From assembly GCF_963921235.1 (NCBI RefSeq), contig NC_086109.1, positions 19,284,001 to 19,348,000 on the forward strand: DNA of 64,000 bases, in the 5' to 3' direction. This document shows positions 38,673-52,612 of this stretch, piece after piece (position 1 is the stretch's first letter; every line of letters starts with the position of its first letter). The notes below the pieces were generated by a model. That model did no database searches. It was not told the DNA's origin and worked only from the letters and a program-made list of their open reading frames with translations. Origin of the DNA: Mobula hypostoma. Its lineage: Eukaryota. A program made the position numbers and the translations under genes.

Positions 38673-39377
38673 CAACCAATATAACATAACACCAAGTGAA
38701 GGAGTGCAGATGGGAACAAAACTACTATAGGGCACAGATATTCTTCGGTAACCATGACAGATGGACTTTCATGTGCCAGGGCATGAGGACTTCCGCTGTA
38801 TCCAAAGGAGACAATTCGGAGTAATTGCCTGAGGGCATCAGGAGCTTTATGTGATGAGGTAAGCATACCACTAAGTGCCAGTGTCAAGAAGAACAGGTAT
38901 CATGAAGAGTGATACTAGCCTTTACCTTGAGGTCAGAGGGGCTTAGAAGTACAGAAGTATGGAACTCTATGGCAGACTATATCTAAAGCACAATCTTCAA
39001 TTATGGATATTGAACCAGAGGATTTTAGGTACCCAGAGAAATCCATAAAGATCTATGTCATCAGTCAGGAAAAAATCCAATGACAAGGACTCTGCCTAAT
39101 GCAGTAGATGGAAAAGGGCATTTGCTGAGATTGGAGAAAAATTATGACTCACCAGTCCATTTGTCAGCCACAATTACATTTGCAGAACACTGAAATGCCT
39201 CAGTCTGATCCATATTTTGGAAGGAAACTGAAGTCATTCAATGGAATGGAATCAATTATAGCAAAATTGCCAGGGTAATTTTATTGTCTCCACAATAACA
39301 ACACTTTTGGCTACATGAGAAACTTGCTTGAGGAACATAATTTTTTAAACTTGTTGTTATTTTGATCTTGTTTCTCT

Positions 39378-39850
39378 TAGGCAGTTCCTTGATCTCAAGG
39401 ATGGCTTGCTTTCACATGCTGGTATTGTGGGTTCTGAGGTGGCTAATGTGGTAATCACTCGTGTATAGATGAGGCAAGAGATGGCCAGTGGGCTGGAAGA
39501 GTGTGTGAGTTGTGAGGTGTCGTTTTGATTCCACCAATTCTATGCCTTCTATTCCCTCCTGATGCATAGTCTTGAGATTCTCTATGACAACCTGATGACA
39601 CCTTTTCCACTTTGAATGGTTATGGGCTAGATATTCTCAGCTATCAATGAGATCATGTCACTTCCTTAAGCAGATTCTGAGAACATCCTTGAATCTTCTC
39701 TTCAGCCAACAATGTGGTAGATGTGGCAAAACAGGCTAAAATGATCTTGAGTTGTTCAGCGTTCTCCAGGGAGTGCAAGAATGTGTGCATGTGGCAGATT
39801 GAATTAAATAGTGGTTCCATCACAGTCTAATAACCTGCCCATACTTATTA
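39378..39850 (-). mobile_element. RTE-clade LINE 3' remnant
   Basis: Minus-strand translation near 39600-39705, KRRFKDVLRICLRK*..DS*EYLAHNHSKW, resembles the RTE C-terminus (KRFKD.LK..LK......WE.LA.DR.KW). Confidence 0.6.
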
Positions 39851-40559
39851 TGTAGGCTGACAGGTGACACATTTTGTGCCTCTGCTCTGCTGTGTAGGAA
39901 CAATTAATGCCCAAAGCAAGATGCCTTTGGAATAGACTTTGGGAAGAGGATTTGAATGTATTTTGCACAATCGGAGAGTACGATCAACAGGGTTGGTGGA
40001 TCCCCATGGGTTGTATGAATATAACTGCCAACAAAAACTTTTGAGAACATCCTTGAATTTTTTTTGTCAACCAATAATAAGGTAGAAGTGTGGTAGTAGT
40101 GGCTAAAATGATCTTTGTATGTTCCGCACTCTTCAGAAAGGCCTTGGGCTGAAAAGGGGAGATTCAGAAAAGGATATGAAGGGATTTTTGGAGTGAAGAA
40201 AGAGAGACTTGGGCGTGATCCAGATTTCAAGAACAGATCAACTAACAAGATGCAGACGGCGAGAATGTAGAACATGAAGCAGTTAAAGTAAGGGCCATTT
40301 AAAGAGAAGAATTTATCACACACAAGTTAGGGCAAGGTGGGAATACGTAGTTCTGGAGGCTGTATTCACTGGTATAGTCAAATTGTGGTGAATGTTTTCT
40401 GTGCTGTATATAAACCTCTTATTGCTTATCCAGTGCCTGCATCTTCCTTTGCAAAGAATGCATGTGGACATAACTGGGCAGAGACTGACAAGTCAACTTT
40501 CTTTGGTTTTTATTTCTAAGATACCAGAAATTGAGTGAGGGTCCCATTAGACTGAAATG

Positions 40560-42770
40560 TAACAAATCTAACTCCTTTGATCATAAAAGGAAAGAGATAA
40601 AAATCTGGAAACTACAGACCAGTTATCTTATTATCGATCAAGAAAAAATTGATAGGAGCTACAATTAGTGAAGCTATATCAGAGCACTTAGGTAATCAGG
40701 CAAAATCTATATGATTTTGTGAAAGAGAAAATGTTTGACCAATTTGCTGGAGGTGTTTGACAAAGTAACATTACTAAGGATAAAGGAGAATCAGCAGATG
40801 TACCATAAGACATAGGAGCAGAATTAGGCCAATCACTCCATCGAGTCTGATTCCCCACTCCATCATTATTCTTCTGCCTTGCTCCCCTTATCCTTTGACA
40901 CCCTTACTAATCAAGAACCAATCAACTTCCACTTCATACCCAATTACTTGGTCTCCTCAGATTTACCACACTCTGGACAAAGAAATCTTTCCTCATCTCT
41001 GTTCTAAAGGGGTGTTCCTCTGCTCTGAGTCTGTGCTCTCTGGTCCTAGACTCCTACACCTTTGGAAACATACTTTCCTTATCCACTCTATCTAGCTATT
41101 TCAATATTCAATAGATTTCAATGAGATCCCCCTCCCCATTCTTCTCAAACTCCAGTTGAGTACAAGCCCAGAGCCATCGAACAATCCTCATATGTTAACC
41201 CTTTCATTCCCAGACCCATTCTCATGAAGCTCCTCTGGACCCTCTCCAATGCCTACACATCTTTTCTGAGATAAGCGGCCGGAACTGCGGCCTGATAAAG
41301 CCTTGGCATTACATCCTTGCTGTACTCTACTTATGCATTAAGTAATGAGTCGTTATATTGGATACCGTAATATAAAAAACAATACCACTGTAGATTTCCA
41401 AAAGGATTTGCTAGGGTGGCACATCAAAGATTATTGCAGAAAATAAAAACTAATGGAACAGGAGGTAATGTGCTGGTGCGAGGAGAAGATTGGCTAGCCA
41501 ACAGGAAACAGAAAGTAAGGATAAAAGGGTCTTTTTCTGGTTCACAAAATGTGCTGAGATGTGCACTGCAAGTATCTGCATTGGATCCTCAAAATGTTAT
41601 CATCTATATCAATGACTTGGATGAAAACACTGACATTGCAAAATTTGTTGCTTACTTGAAGATCGATAGGAAAGTAAATTGGGAAGACGACGTAAGACGG
41701 CTATAAAAAAAGTTCTAAATAAAGGGAGCTGGCAAAGATCTAACAAATGGATCAGTGAATAGGAAAATGTACCACTGTGCATTTTAACAGGATATTTTTT
41801 AAAGGTATGTTGCCTTCACAGTAGGAGATGAGCTCTGAGACGCAGTGCAAATTGGGTGTCTCGTTGTATAGTTTTCAAAAAGCTGGTATAGACACAGAGC
41901 AGGTGACTCAGAAAGCAAAAAAAATGTTATTGCTTATGGTTAGGGAAGGTGAAGGCAAATTAGGAAGGTTATATTAGGCACTCATCAGACCACATCTGGA
42001 ATTCTTTCCACAGTATTGGCTGCATTCACCATGTGGTGTGGGGGGTGCTACTGCACAAGATTGTAGTAAGCTGCAGAAAGTTGTGAAATTAGTCAGTTCC
42101 ATCATGGGTACTTGCTTCTGTAGTATCCAAAACATCTTCAAGGAGCGGTGCCTCAGAATGGCAGCATCCATCATCAGGACCCCCACCACCCAAGCCATGC
42201 CTTTTTCTCATTGTTACCATCAGGAAGGAGGTACAGAATCTTGAAGGCACACACTCAGTGATTCAGGTACTGCTTCTTCCCTTCTGCCATCTGATTTCTA
42301 AATGGACATTGAACCCATGAACGCTACCTCACTACTTTTTTTAACTTTGTTTTTGCACTGCTTAACTTAACTACTTAATGTACAAATACACACTTACTGT
42401 AATTCAGCTTTCTTTCTGTTTATCATGCATTGCATTGTACTGCTGCTGCAAAGTTAACAAATTTCACGACATATGCTAGTGATATTAAACCATATTCTGA
42501 TTCTTATTTAAGAAATTGTGTTGATCCATTGGAAGCAGTTTAATGTACCAGATCCATAACTGGAAAGAGAAAGTTGCCTTTAGAGGGAAGGTCCCATACG
42601 CTTGGTTTATACTCACTGAGTGAATGGAGCTTTGTTGAAACACATACAGTTCCAAACAGTCCTGACAGGATGAATGTCGGGTGGTTATTTCCTCTTGCGG
42701 GAGAATCTAAAGTTATTCAAAAATAAGGGATCTTCAGTTTAAGACAAAAGTGGAAATGATTTTTTTTCCC
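40560..42770 (+). mobile_element. Old CR1 ORF2 remnant with nested insertions (CR1 minus ~40804-41322; Rex1-type plus ~42030-42502)
   Basis: actacagaccagttatctta (NYRPV), HQRLLQKIK..WLANRKQKVRIKGSFS..IYINDLDE; the inserts carry their own tails (ccataagacatagg; attctgattct). Confidence 0.7.
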
Positions 42771-42841
42771 TGTGTCTCTGTGTCTCTCCAGTCCCAGCAC
42801 ATCTTTTAAATAAGGAGCCCAAAACTGTTCACAATACTCCA

Positions 42842-44868
42842 TCAAAACATAAAGGAACCATCACAAACCCCCACCATCTCCAATAATCCTGTGACTTCTG
42901 TCTCTGAGGCTGACATGCAAATAGACCTCAGAAAGGCGAACCCAAGAAAAGCATTCTGCCCAGACAGGGTATCTGGCCAAATACTAAAAATCTGTGCTGA
43001 ACAACTGCTGGATTGTTCACTGAGATCTTTAACCTCTCACTTCGGCTCTCTGAGGTATTCAACTGCTTCAAGTGGACTTCAGGAAGAACGTGGTAACCAG
43101 CCTCAATGGCTATTGTTCAGTAGAATTTTCATCCAGAGTGATGAAGTGCTTTGAGAAGTTGGTGACGAAACATATCAATTCCTGCCTGAGAAACAAATTT
43201 GATCCACTCCGGTTTTCCTACCAGAGCAACAGGTCCACAGCAGATGCCACCTCATTAGTTCTTCTCTCAACACTGGATCATTTGGACAGCAAAGGTGCAG
43301 ACATCAGGATGTTCCTTACCATTAGCAGATCAGCTGTCAATATTATCAACCCATCAAAACTAATCAATAAGCTCCAAGGCCTTGACCTCAATAACTTCTT
43401 GTGCAAATGGATTCTCAACTTCCTCACTTGCAGACCCCAGTCAATTTAGATTGGCAACAACATCTCCTCCACAATCTCTATCAGCATAGGTGCACCACAG
43501 GGCTGTGTGCTTAGTTCCATGCTCTATTCTTACCGTGTGGCTACGCACAGCTCCAGTGCCATTTTCAAGTTTCCTGACAACTCTACTGTTGTTAGCCAAA
43601 CCAGAGTTGGTGATGAATTAGCACATAGGAGAGAGACTGAAAATATGACTGAGTGGGGCCATTACAACAACCCCTTACTCAATTTCAGCAAAACAAAAGA
43701 GCTGATTATTGACTACAGGAGAAGGAAACCAGAAGTCCATGAGCCAGTCCTCGTCGGAGGATCAGAGGTAGAGAAGGTCAGCAACTTTAAATATTTCAGT
43801 GTTCTTATTTTGGAGGACCTGTCCTGGAGCCAGCACATGTGCAATCAAGAAGAAAGCATAGCCGCACCTCTACTTCCTCAGAAGTTTGTGAAGATTTGGC
43901 ATGACATCTAAAACTTTGACAAACTTCTATAGATGTGTGGTGGAGAGTATATTGACTGGCTGCAACATGACCTGGAATAGAAACACTAATGACCTCGAAC
44001 ATAAAATCCGACAAAAAGTAGTGGATACAGCCCAGTACATCACAGATACAGTTCTCCCTGCCAGTGAGCAAATCACATGAAATGTTGTCACAAGAAAACA
44101 ACATCCACCATCCAGCCCATGCTCTCTTCTCACTGTTGCCATCAGGAAGAAGGTAGAGGAACCTCAGGATTCACACCAACAGGTTTGGGAACAGTTATCA
44201 TATATGGACAGGATAACCAACGAAGAAGTTCTACAGAGAACGAAAACAAAACGCACATTACTTTTTAAACAAAAAAATCAGAAAACAGCAATCAAAATTC
44301 TTTGGACACATCGTGCGAAGAGAGACATTAGAACATTTAGTTACAACTGGAAAGCTGGAAGGAAAAAGAAGCAGAGGCAGACAGAGAATGAAAATGATAG
44401 ACGGAATAACATCATGGTTAGAAACAGGGGAGGCAACAACTACAATTTGGAGGGTCAGGAACCATGATGGATGGAGAGACATGATCGGCCACACCAAACA
44501 GCAAGGCACCTGAACCATCCCCTCAACCATCAGGCTCTTGACCCAAGTGGGATAACTTCACTCAACTTCACTTGCCCTGTGATTGAAATGTTCCCACAAC
44601 CTATGAACTCAGTTTCAAGGACTCTTCATCTCATGTTCTCAATATTTATTGCTTATTCATTTATTTGTTTATTATTATTGTTCATTTCTTTCTGTATTTG
44701 CAAGGTTTTTTGTCTTTTGCACACTGGCTGAATGGAGAAATTGGTGTGGTCTTTTTTTAATTTTGTATACTTATTAATCTATTATGGATTTGTGGAGTAT
44801 GTCCACAAGGAAATGAATCTCAGGGTGATATATACTGCTTTGAGAATAAATTTACATTGTACTTTGAA
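42842..44868 (+). mobile_element. Rex1/Babar-type LINE, 5'-truncated, decayed
   Basis: NPRKAFCPDRV, VMKCFEKLV, DPLRFSY, NRSTADA, SKTKELIIDYRR; tail aataaatttacattgtactttgaa. Confidence 0.82.
44200..44514 (+). mobile_element. RTE LINE 3' fragment nested in the Rex1 LINE
   Basis: DRITNEEVL, LEHLVTTGKLEGKRSRGRQR, GWRDMI..QGT*; Rex1 resumes at ccctcaaccatcaggctc. Confidence 0.8.
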
Positions 44869-46196
44869 GTTCAGACTGACCAATGCCTTGTAAAGCCTCA
44901 GCATTACATCCTTGCTTCTATATTCTATTTCTCTCGAAATGAATGCTAACATTTCATTTGCCTTCCTCACCACTGACTCAACCCGCAAGTTAACCTTTAG
45001 GGAATCCTGGGCAAGTACTCCCAAATTCCTTTGCACCTTGGTTTTTTGATTTTTTTCTCACTGCTTAGAAAACAATCTACACCCATATTCCTTATACCAA
45101 AGTATATGACAATTCTCTCAACTATATTCCATCTGCCTCTTCTTTGCCCATTCTCCCAATCTGTCTAAGTCCTTTTGCAGACTTCTTAAGTTAATAGGGT
45201 CTTGACGAACAATAGATTTGTGCTCTGAATCCATGGCACACATGGGACATGTTTTTCTACAATGTGTGTGTGTGGAAATCCTGAGATTTGTTCCCATTTA
45301 AACATCTAATAGTCATTCTATTTGGAACAACTAGCTTTCAGCAGCAAGATCTGGATTGACATGGGGTCCATTATGATTAAAAGCAGAAAGAGGATCAAAA
45401 AGGCAGATATATTTTTGTGCAAAAGCAGACTGAGCAAGATAAGACGGCTGTCTAAATGTAATTAACTGTACGCATTCTGAATTATTCATGGGATGTGGGT
45501 GTTGCAACTGAAGCCAACATTTATGGCCCATTCCCAACAGACCTTGTGAAAATAGTCTTCAAATACTTCCTTCCTTGTGGTAAAGACACTCCCACAGGCT
45601 ATTAAATGGTGAATTCCAGTTTACTTACCCAGCAGCCGTGAGAGAAAAAGGCTATATTTTCATGTTGGAATGGTGTGTGACTTTTGAGGTGATGGTATCT
45701 CTGTGTGCCTGCTGTCTTTTCATCCCTCAAGGTTGGCAATGCCATTGAATTGGGGAAAACAACTGATGGATTACAGGTACTTAGCAGCTGCAAATCACTT
45801 TATAGATGATTTACTGTGGGAAGAGCATAGGAGAAAAGAAAGATTAATGTGGTGAAAAGGCTGACATTCTCATTAAATGAGAAATCACAGAAGCTAATAT
45901 TGTCCTCTCTAATCTGCATAGAGAGAGACTGAATGAAGGCGTTCAAAGTTTGGATAAAGTAAATGGCTAGAAGGACCAATAATGAAAAGACAACAAATTA
46001 ATGAGTAGAATCATGGTACAATATGAAGCTATTCAGCTTACTGAGTCCATATACATCAGCCTGTTTAGTCTTATTTTCCTACTCTTGCCTGTTAATCGTT
46101 CTGTTAAAAAGAAGGTAGTTGGCAGAAAATTGACAATGAAAAGTTGTGGGAGATGCATGGTGTGAAGAACTCACTTTCCAATATACTGAGATGTTA

Positions 46197-47410
46197 TTAT
46201 AACCATATAACAACTACAGCATGGAAACAGGCCATCTCCGCCCTTCTAATCCATGCCAAACACTTACTCTCACCTAGTCTCATCGACCTGCACTCAGCCC
46301 ATAACCCTCCATTCCTTTCCTGTCCATATCGCTATCCAATTTAACTTTAAATGACAACATCGAACCTGCCTCAACCACTTCTGCTGGAAGCTCATTCCAC
46401 ACAGCTACCACTCTCTGAGTAAAGAAGTTCCCCCTCATGTTACCCCTAAACTTTTGCCCTTTAACTCTCAACTCATGTCCTCTTGTTTGAATCTCCCCAC
46501 TCTCAATGGAAAAAGCCTATCCACGTCAACTCTATCTATCCCACTCATAATTTTAAATACCTCTATCAAGTCCCCCCTCAACCTTCTATGCTGCAAAGAA
46601 TAAAGACCTAACTTGTTCAACATTTCTCCGTAACTCAGGAGATGAAACCCAGGTAACATTCTAGTAAATCTTTTCTGTACTCTCTCAATTTTGTTGACAT
46701 CTTTCCTATAATTCGGTGACCAGAACTGTACACAATACTCCAAATTCGGCCTCACCAATGCCTTGTACAATTTCAACATTTCATCCCAACTCCTGTACTC
46801 AATGCTCTGATTTATAAAGGCCAGCATACCAAAAGCTTTCTTCACCACTCTATCCACATGAGATTCCACCTTCAGGGAACTATGCACCATTATTCCTAGA
46901 TCCCTCTGTTCTACTGCATTCTTCAATGCCCTACCATTTACCATGTATGTCCTATTTTGATTAGTCCTACCAAAATGTAGCACCTCACATTTATCAGCAT
47001 TAAACTCCATCTGCCATCTTTCAGCCCACTCTTCTAAATGGCCTAAATCTCTCTGCAAGCTTTGAAAACCTACTTCATTATCCACAACTCCACCTATCTT
47101 CGTATCATCTGCATACTTACTAATCCAATTTACCACCCCATCATCTAGATCATTAATATATATGACAAACAACATCGAACCCAGTACAGATCCCTGAGGC
47201 ACACCACTAGACACCGGCCTCCAATCTGACAAGCAGTTATCCACCACCACTCTCTGGCGTCTCCCATCCAGCCACTGCTGAATCCATTTTACTACTTCAA
47301 TATTAATACCTAACGATTGAACCTTCCTAACTAACCTTCCATATGGAACCTTGTCAAAGGCCTTACTGAAGTCCATATAGACAACATCCACTGCTTTACC
47401 CTTGTCAATT
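46197..47410 (-). mobile_element. CR1 3' fragment, same subfamily as 19193-23100
   Basis: 307-aa RT ORF nearly identical to 19438-20472; same ataaccatataac tail. Confidence 0.93.
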
Positions 47411-47494
47411 CTCAGGCGTGTGCCTTCTGAAAGGACAGTGAAGAAAAGTTCAATAAGAATAAATGAAAAAATACAAGGAACGGAGAAGAAAAAT

Positions 47495-48077
47495 AAATAG
47501 CAAAGTTGTATAAGACATTGGTGAGGCCTGACTTGGAGTATTGTGTGCAGTTTTGGTCAAACAACATACAGTAAAGATATAAGTAAGGTTGAAAGAGTAC
47601 AGAGAACATCTATAAGGATGTTGCTGGGTCTGGAGGACCTGAGTTATAAGGGAAGAATGAATAGGTCAGGACTTTATATATTGGAACGTGGAATATTGAG
47701 AGGAGATTTGATAGAGGTATACAAAACTATGATGGGTATATTAGGGTAAATGCAAGCAGGATATTTTTCACTGAGGTTGGATGGTACTACAACAAGAGGT
47801 CATGAGTCAAGGGTGAAGGGTGAAAAGTTTAATGAGATCATGAGGGGAAACTTCTTCACTCAGAGGGCTGCGAGAGTGTGGAATGAGCTGCCAGCACAAG
47901 TAGTGCATGCAACCTCGATTTCAACGTTGAAGAGAATTTGGATAGGTACATGCACGGAAGGTGTATGGAGGGCTATGGTAAAAGTGCAGATTGATGGGAG
48001 TAGGCCGTCTAAATAGCTCAGCATGGACTGGATGGGATGCAGAGCCTGTTTGTGTGCTGTACTTCTCTATGACTCTA
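47495..48077 (+). mobile_element. CR1 3' fragment of a different subfamily
   Basis: ERVQR, LRGDLIEVYK, TRGH, RGNFFTQR; tail tctatgactctatg. Confidence 0.85.
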
Positions 48078-51000
48078 TGGAAAAAGCAGGAGGCATGGAT
48101 TAATTGTATTGTTCTGTCAAAGAACCAGCAGAGGCATATCAGACTGAATGGTCTTCTGCTTCCTCTCAATCTAAGACATGACGTTCCCACTTAACCACAC
48201 AAAGCACACACTTCTGTCTTCAAATCAACTCTGAAAAGATAGAAAAGGGTGTGCTTGCTTTCTGTTGAGTTGTTTTACTAAATGGAGTCAGTATATAAAC
48301 AGCCTTTCATGTACAACCATTAACCTTAAAATGTACTTATAATACTTTACAAATAACACCTCTCATCATGCGTTCCTCCATTTCTCTGTCAGTTGCAGTT
48401 TTGAATCACAGCAGTAATCTGCCCAACAAGTCAGTTCCACTCATATTACAAATGTTATAAACCTTTCAACAAGCACTGATTTCAAAGTCTCTGTCTACTT
48501 TGAGTGATTCTGTGGCGTTATTAACACCAAAAGGACAGTCAATGGATAATAGATCTTTCTTGCGATCACCTGCAAAGGAGGGATTTTAAAGAAATGGATA
48601 CATGAACAGAATTTGTTTGTGTTTGTTGTAAATGCAAGAAAAGTGAATTGAAATGAGAGAGGATGATTGAAGTAAAGCAGCAAACAAATTGAATCAGCGT
48701 ATGTAAAGACAAAAGAATAAATGTTTTAAGTCTTTCTCAAAAAATGCTATGCTTTTATCAGTACAAATACTCCACGGACATGATGCCATTACAATTCATA
48801 TTTATGATCCAGATCCATAAATTACAGTGATCACAAGACCACTGCACCCAACATCAAATGGATGATGATATGATTCAGGAAGTCAATTAGTATATCCAAA
48901 TTGAAAGGACAGTATGCTGCATTCCCCAATACTCCAATGCATCTTTCACCCAGATCATTGCAATGCATCCATTGATACTGCAGGTCAACCTATTTATTCG
49001 TTAATCATTGCTGAAAGACTCTGGGAATGACATTGCACTTGAGTTCAATATTCTTGAACAGCAATGGAGAAGAAGTCACAGAATCATAGAAAAACTAAGG
49101 AGTCCCTTCAGCCCGTTGACTCCATATTTGCCAATAAAGAGTTGGGCATTTCCCATCCTTGGTTCTTAGCTCCTCAAGTCCACATCCAAGTACTGAATTA
49201 CTGCAAAATGGAAGAAGCATACTGAGGTCTTGACGGCCCCCAGCAGAGCAAACCCATCAGCCCATCCCTCCACTCCTTAGTCCCCTGTAGTCTTGCAGTT
49301 TATTCACTCTTGCGTGTCCTGATTATTTTGCCATCTAACTCATGAAAGGACAACCTTCTAGAGCCTTTTGCAAATCCTGCGATTCTATCCTAATCAGTAC
49401 AGCGTTAATGGAGGTGAATTTATTCTACTCAAAACCTAAAAGCTGGGTGGGACAGCCAAGTGAAAGCCAGTAAAAATATTCCGTGACAGTAAATAGGTGA
49501 GAATATATTTTCTTGGTGATATGAGGCACGTAATAGAGAAATGACATCTCTACAGAATTGTTGACTAGCCGTCAGTGTGATCAGTCTCATTAACATGTTT
49601 GCAGAATGAGTACATAATTGGCAAGTTAATTTCAATAAACGTATGTGTCAGCTGCAATATCTTGGTAGGGAAATTAAGCAGGTTCAGATATTATTTAGAA
49701 AACAGGACTCTAAGCGAAACAGAGGAACAAAAAGTTCTGGATGTACAACTACACAACAAACTGAAAACAGTGCCACAGATCAATAAAACCCAAATAAATC
49801 AACAGGATTTAATTCGTGTTGGGTAAAATTAAGAAGAAGGCATATGCTATCTTGGATCGAGCCTTTTTAGGATAGAATACTGAGTGTAAATTTAGTATCT
49901 CTGCTCTAAATCAGAAACAAGCAATAAAAAGGGTGTAATATCTACTTACAAGGGAGGGCTGGCGAAAAGCTACGCCCAAACTGCCAACTCTTTATCCCAT
50001 TCCCTACATGCTGCCTGACCTGATGAGTTTTTCTAGCATTTTGTCTGTGTTAGTCTGGATTTCCAGCGTTTCCAGAGTCTCCTGTGTTTATTGTGTGTGT
50101 GCGTGTGTTATCAGGAAGGTACCAGTTATGTGAATTTCTACTAACGAAGAAAGAACATAGAAACTGGGTCTCCTTTCTATTGGAAAAAAAGAACCTGAGG
50201 GAGAGACCCACTGGAGATCTTTAACATTCTAGAAGATTTTGATTGAGTGTAGGCTAAGTGAGCATTTCTACAAATGGAAGAACTAAACTAGAAACAGTTG
50301 TTATAGTCACCAAGAAATCCAGAAGCCAAGTCAGAATAAATGGTCTTCCCCAGAGAGAGGTGAGAATATGGAATACGTTGACAGGGAGTAGGTGTTGCAA
50401 ATACTACAGTGATTTTGAAGAGGAGGATGGATAAGTATAAGGAGGAAGAAGCAGAAGATTATTATGGCAAATTAATATGAAAAGATGAGAAGATGCTTGT
50501 AGAGACTGCTTAGGCTAAAAAAAAAATAGTCTTTGAGTTGTACAGTTTCAGGAGCAGTTATTACTTTACAACTACCAGGCTCCAGAATCGTGAGGATAAC
50601 TTCATTCTCCTCACCTCCGAACTGATTCCATAACCAAAAGACTCATGTTCTCAGTATTTTTTTTTATTTGCACAATGTGTCTTCTTTTCCATGTTGGTTG
50701 TATGCCAGTCTTTTTGTATAGTTTTCATCAATTCTATAGTATGCCTTTATTTTCTTGTAAATGCCTACAAGAAAATGAATCTCAATGTAGGAAATAGTAA
50801 GGTATATGTACTTTGATAATACATTTACTTTGATATGTTTTATGGTATTTAAAGTGTCTAAGATATGGTCTTAAACTTGGGCCCCATCTACCATCTACCA
50901 TCTCCAACAGATATAAAAGATTTTAAAGCACTGTTTGAAGAGGAGCTGAAGTACTCCCTTCAATGTTCTGGATTATTATTTAGCCTTCAGTCGCCATCAC

Positions 51001-51500
51001 CAAACAGATTGTGGGAATTTACTATGCCCAAACAATTTCCACTGGATCCTTCATCCTAAAGGGCATCACCTTAGGGAGAAAAAATTGGCTGTAAAATACT
51101 TTGGAACATGAAGTTCTGAAAGGTGCCATATAAACGCAGGACCTATTTTTTTGTATAAGCTTCCCATTCCTGAGGGCAGGAAAAATGCAAACGTCACTCC
51201 ACTCTTTAAGAAGGGGGGGAAGCAGAAGAAAGGAAATTATGGGCCAGTTAGCCTGATTTCAGTGATTGGGAAAGTATTGGAGTCTACTATTAAGGAGGAG
51301 GATTCGGAGTATTTGGAGGCTCATGACAAAATAGACCAATGCCAACATGGTTTTCTAAGGGGAAACCTTGCCTGAAAAATCTGTTGGTATTCTTTGAGGA
51401 AATAATAGGCCTGATAGTCAAAGGAAGGTCAGTGGATGTTGTTCATTTGTATTTTCAGAAGTCCTTTGATAATGTGCCGCACATGAGGCTGCTTAACAAG

Positions 51501-52105
51501 AAAGCACGCTCTCCTCCCTCATCACCTGCTGATCAACTTCTATCGGACAACTATAGAGAGCCTCCTGACGTATTGCTGTGCAGTGTGGTTTGCCAGCTGC
51601 ACAGAACAGAACAGGAAGGACTTGCAGCGGGTGGTGAGGGTAGCAGAGCAGGTTATTGGTACAACATTACCCTCCCTCAGAGACATTTATACTGGCAGAC
51701 TTCAAAAGAAGGCTACTTGTATTTCAAAAGATCCCACTCATCCTGGACATCACCTGTTTTCCCATCTGCCTTCTGGGAAGAGATACAGAGCATTAAGGAT
51801 GAAAACAAAGAGACTCCTTAACAGCTTCTACCCACAAGCAGTGAAATGTATAACACCCCCTTCCCTTCTCCTGCCCCCCTCCTAAGACGGCGGCAGCTAA
51901 ATGCATCACACTTCCAGGAATGGCAGGTGTGCAATAGTCCTACCCCGCCCCATCCATATATTATTAATTTTGGACTGCACTCCTGGGGTTTTAGGGTTTA
52001 TTTTATGTATATATTCTTCCTCATGCTGCAAAACGTTGAGCTGCTAAACTGTGTTTCATTGCTCCACAACAATGACAATAAAGATATTCTTCTTTTTCCT
52101 CTTCT
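51501..52105 (+). mobile_element. Rex1-type LINE 3' fragment nested in CR1
   Basis: WFASCTEQNRKDLQRVV..KDPTHPGHHLFSHLPSGKRYR..NSFYPQAV; ends aatgacaataaag plus TTC-rich tail; CR1 aacaag|ttaag junction is restored on removal. Confidence 0.82.
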
Positions 52106-52612
52106 TTAAGACCCCATGGCATTACAGGAAAGATGCTAGTATGCATAGAAGATTGGCTGACTGGCAGGAGGCAAAGAATGGGAATAAAAGGGGCCTTTTT
52201 AGTTGGCTACCAGTGACTAGCGGTGAGCCAAAGATGTTGGTATTAGAACCGCATCTTTTTACGTTATATGTCAATGATTTAGAATTAGGAATTGATGGCT
52301 TTGTGGCCAACTTGGCAGACAAGATGATGATACTGTAGATGGAGGGGCAGCTTGTGTTGAAGAAGCATGGTGTTTATTGTGTTGAGGAAGCATGGTGTTT
52401 ACAGAAGGATTTAGACATATTGGGAGATTGGACAAAGTAATGGTAGATGGAATATAGTGTAGGGAAGTGTATGGTCATGAACTTTGGTTGAAGGAATAAA
52501 GATGTGGACTGTTTACTAAATGGGGAGAAAATTCAAAAATCAGAGGAGCAAAGGGACTTGAGATTCCTCGTGCAGGATCCCCAAAAGGTTAACTTGAAGG
52601 TTGAGTGGGTGG

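Larger units (their letters stand above)
42790..45185 (-). mobile_element. CR1 fragment split by the Rex1 insertion (pieces 42790-42841 and ~44868-45185)
   Basis: ...cacaatactcca joins agttcagactgaccaatgcc, as in contiguous CR1 at 61445-61470; ORF RNLGVLAQDSLKVNLRVESVVRKAN. Confidence 0.75.

Noticed and set aside
48495..48683. ORF containing IYYPL, reminiscent of the start of GPR139-like GPCR TM1
   Set aside because: Stop after about 20 codons; no further transmembrane helices
50020..50026. CTGATGA box
   Set aside because: A point variant of ctgctgagtt in the Penelope tail; no stem II or GAAA follows
52352..52400. 25-bp tandem duplication (ttgtgttgaRgaagcatggtgttta)
   Set aside because: Simple slippage inside a dead CR1; only two units, not a CRISPR-like array
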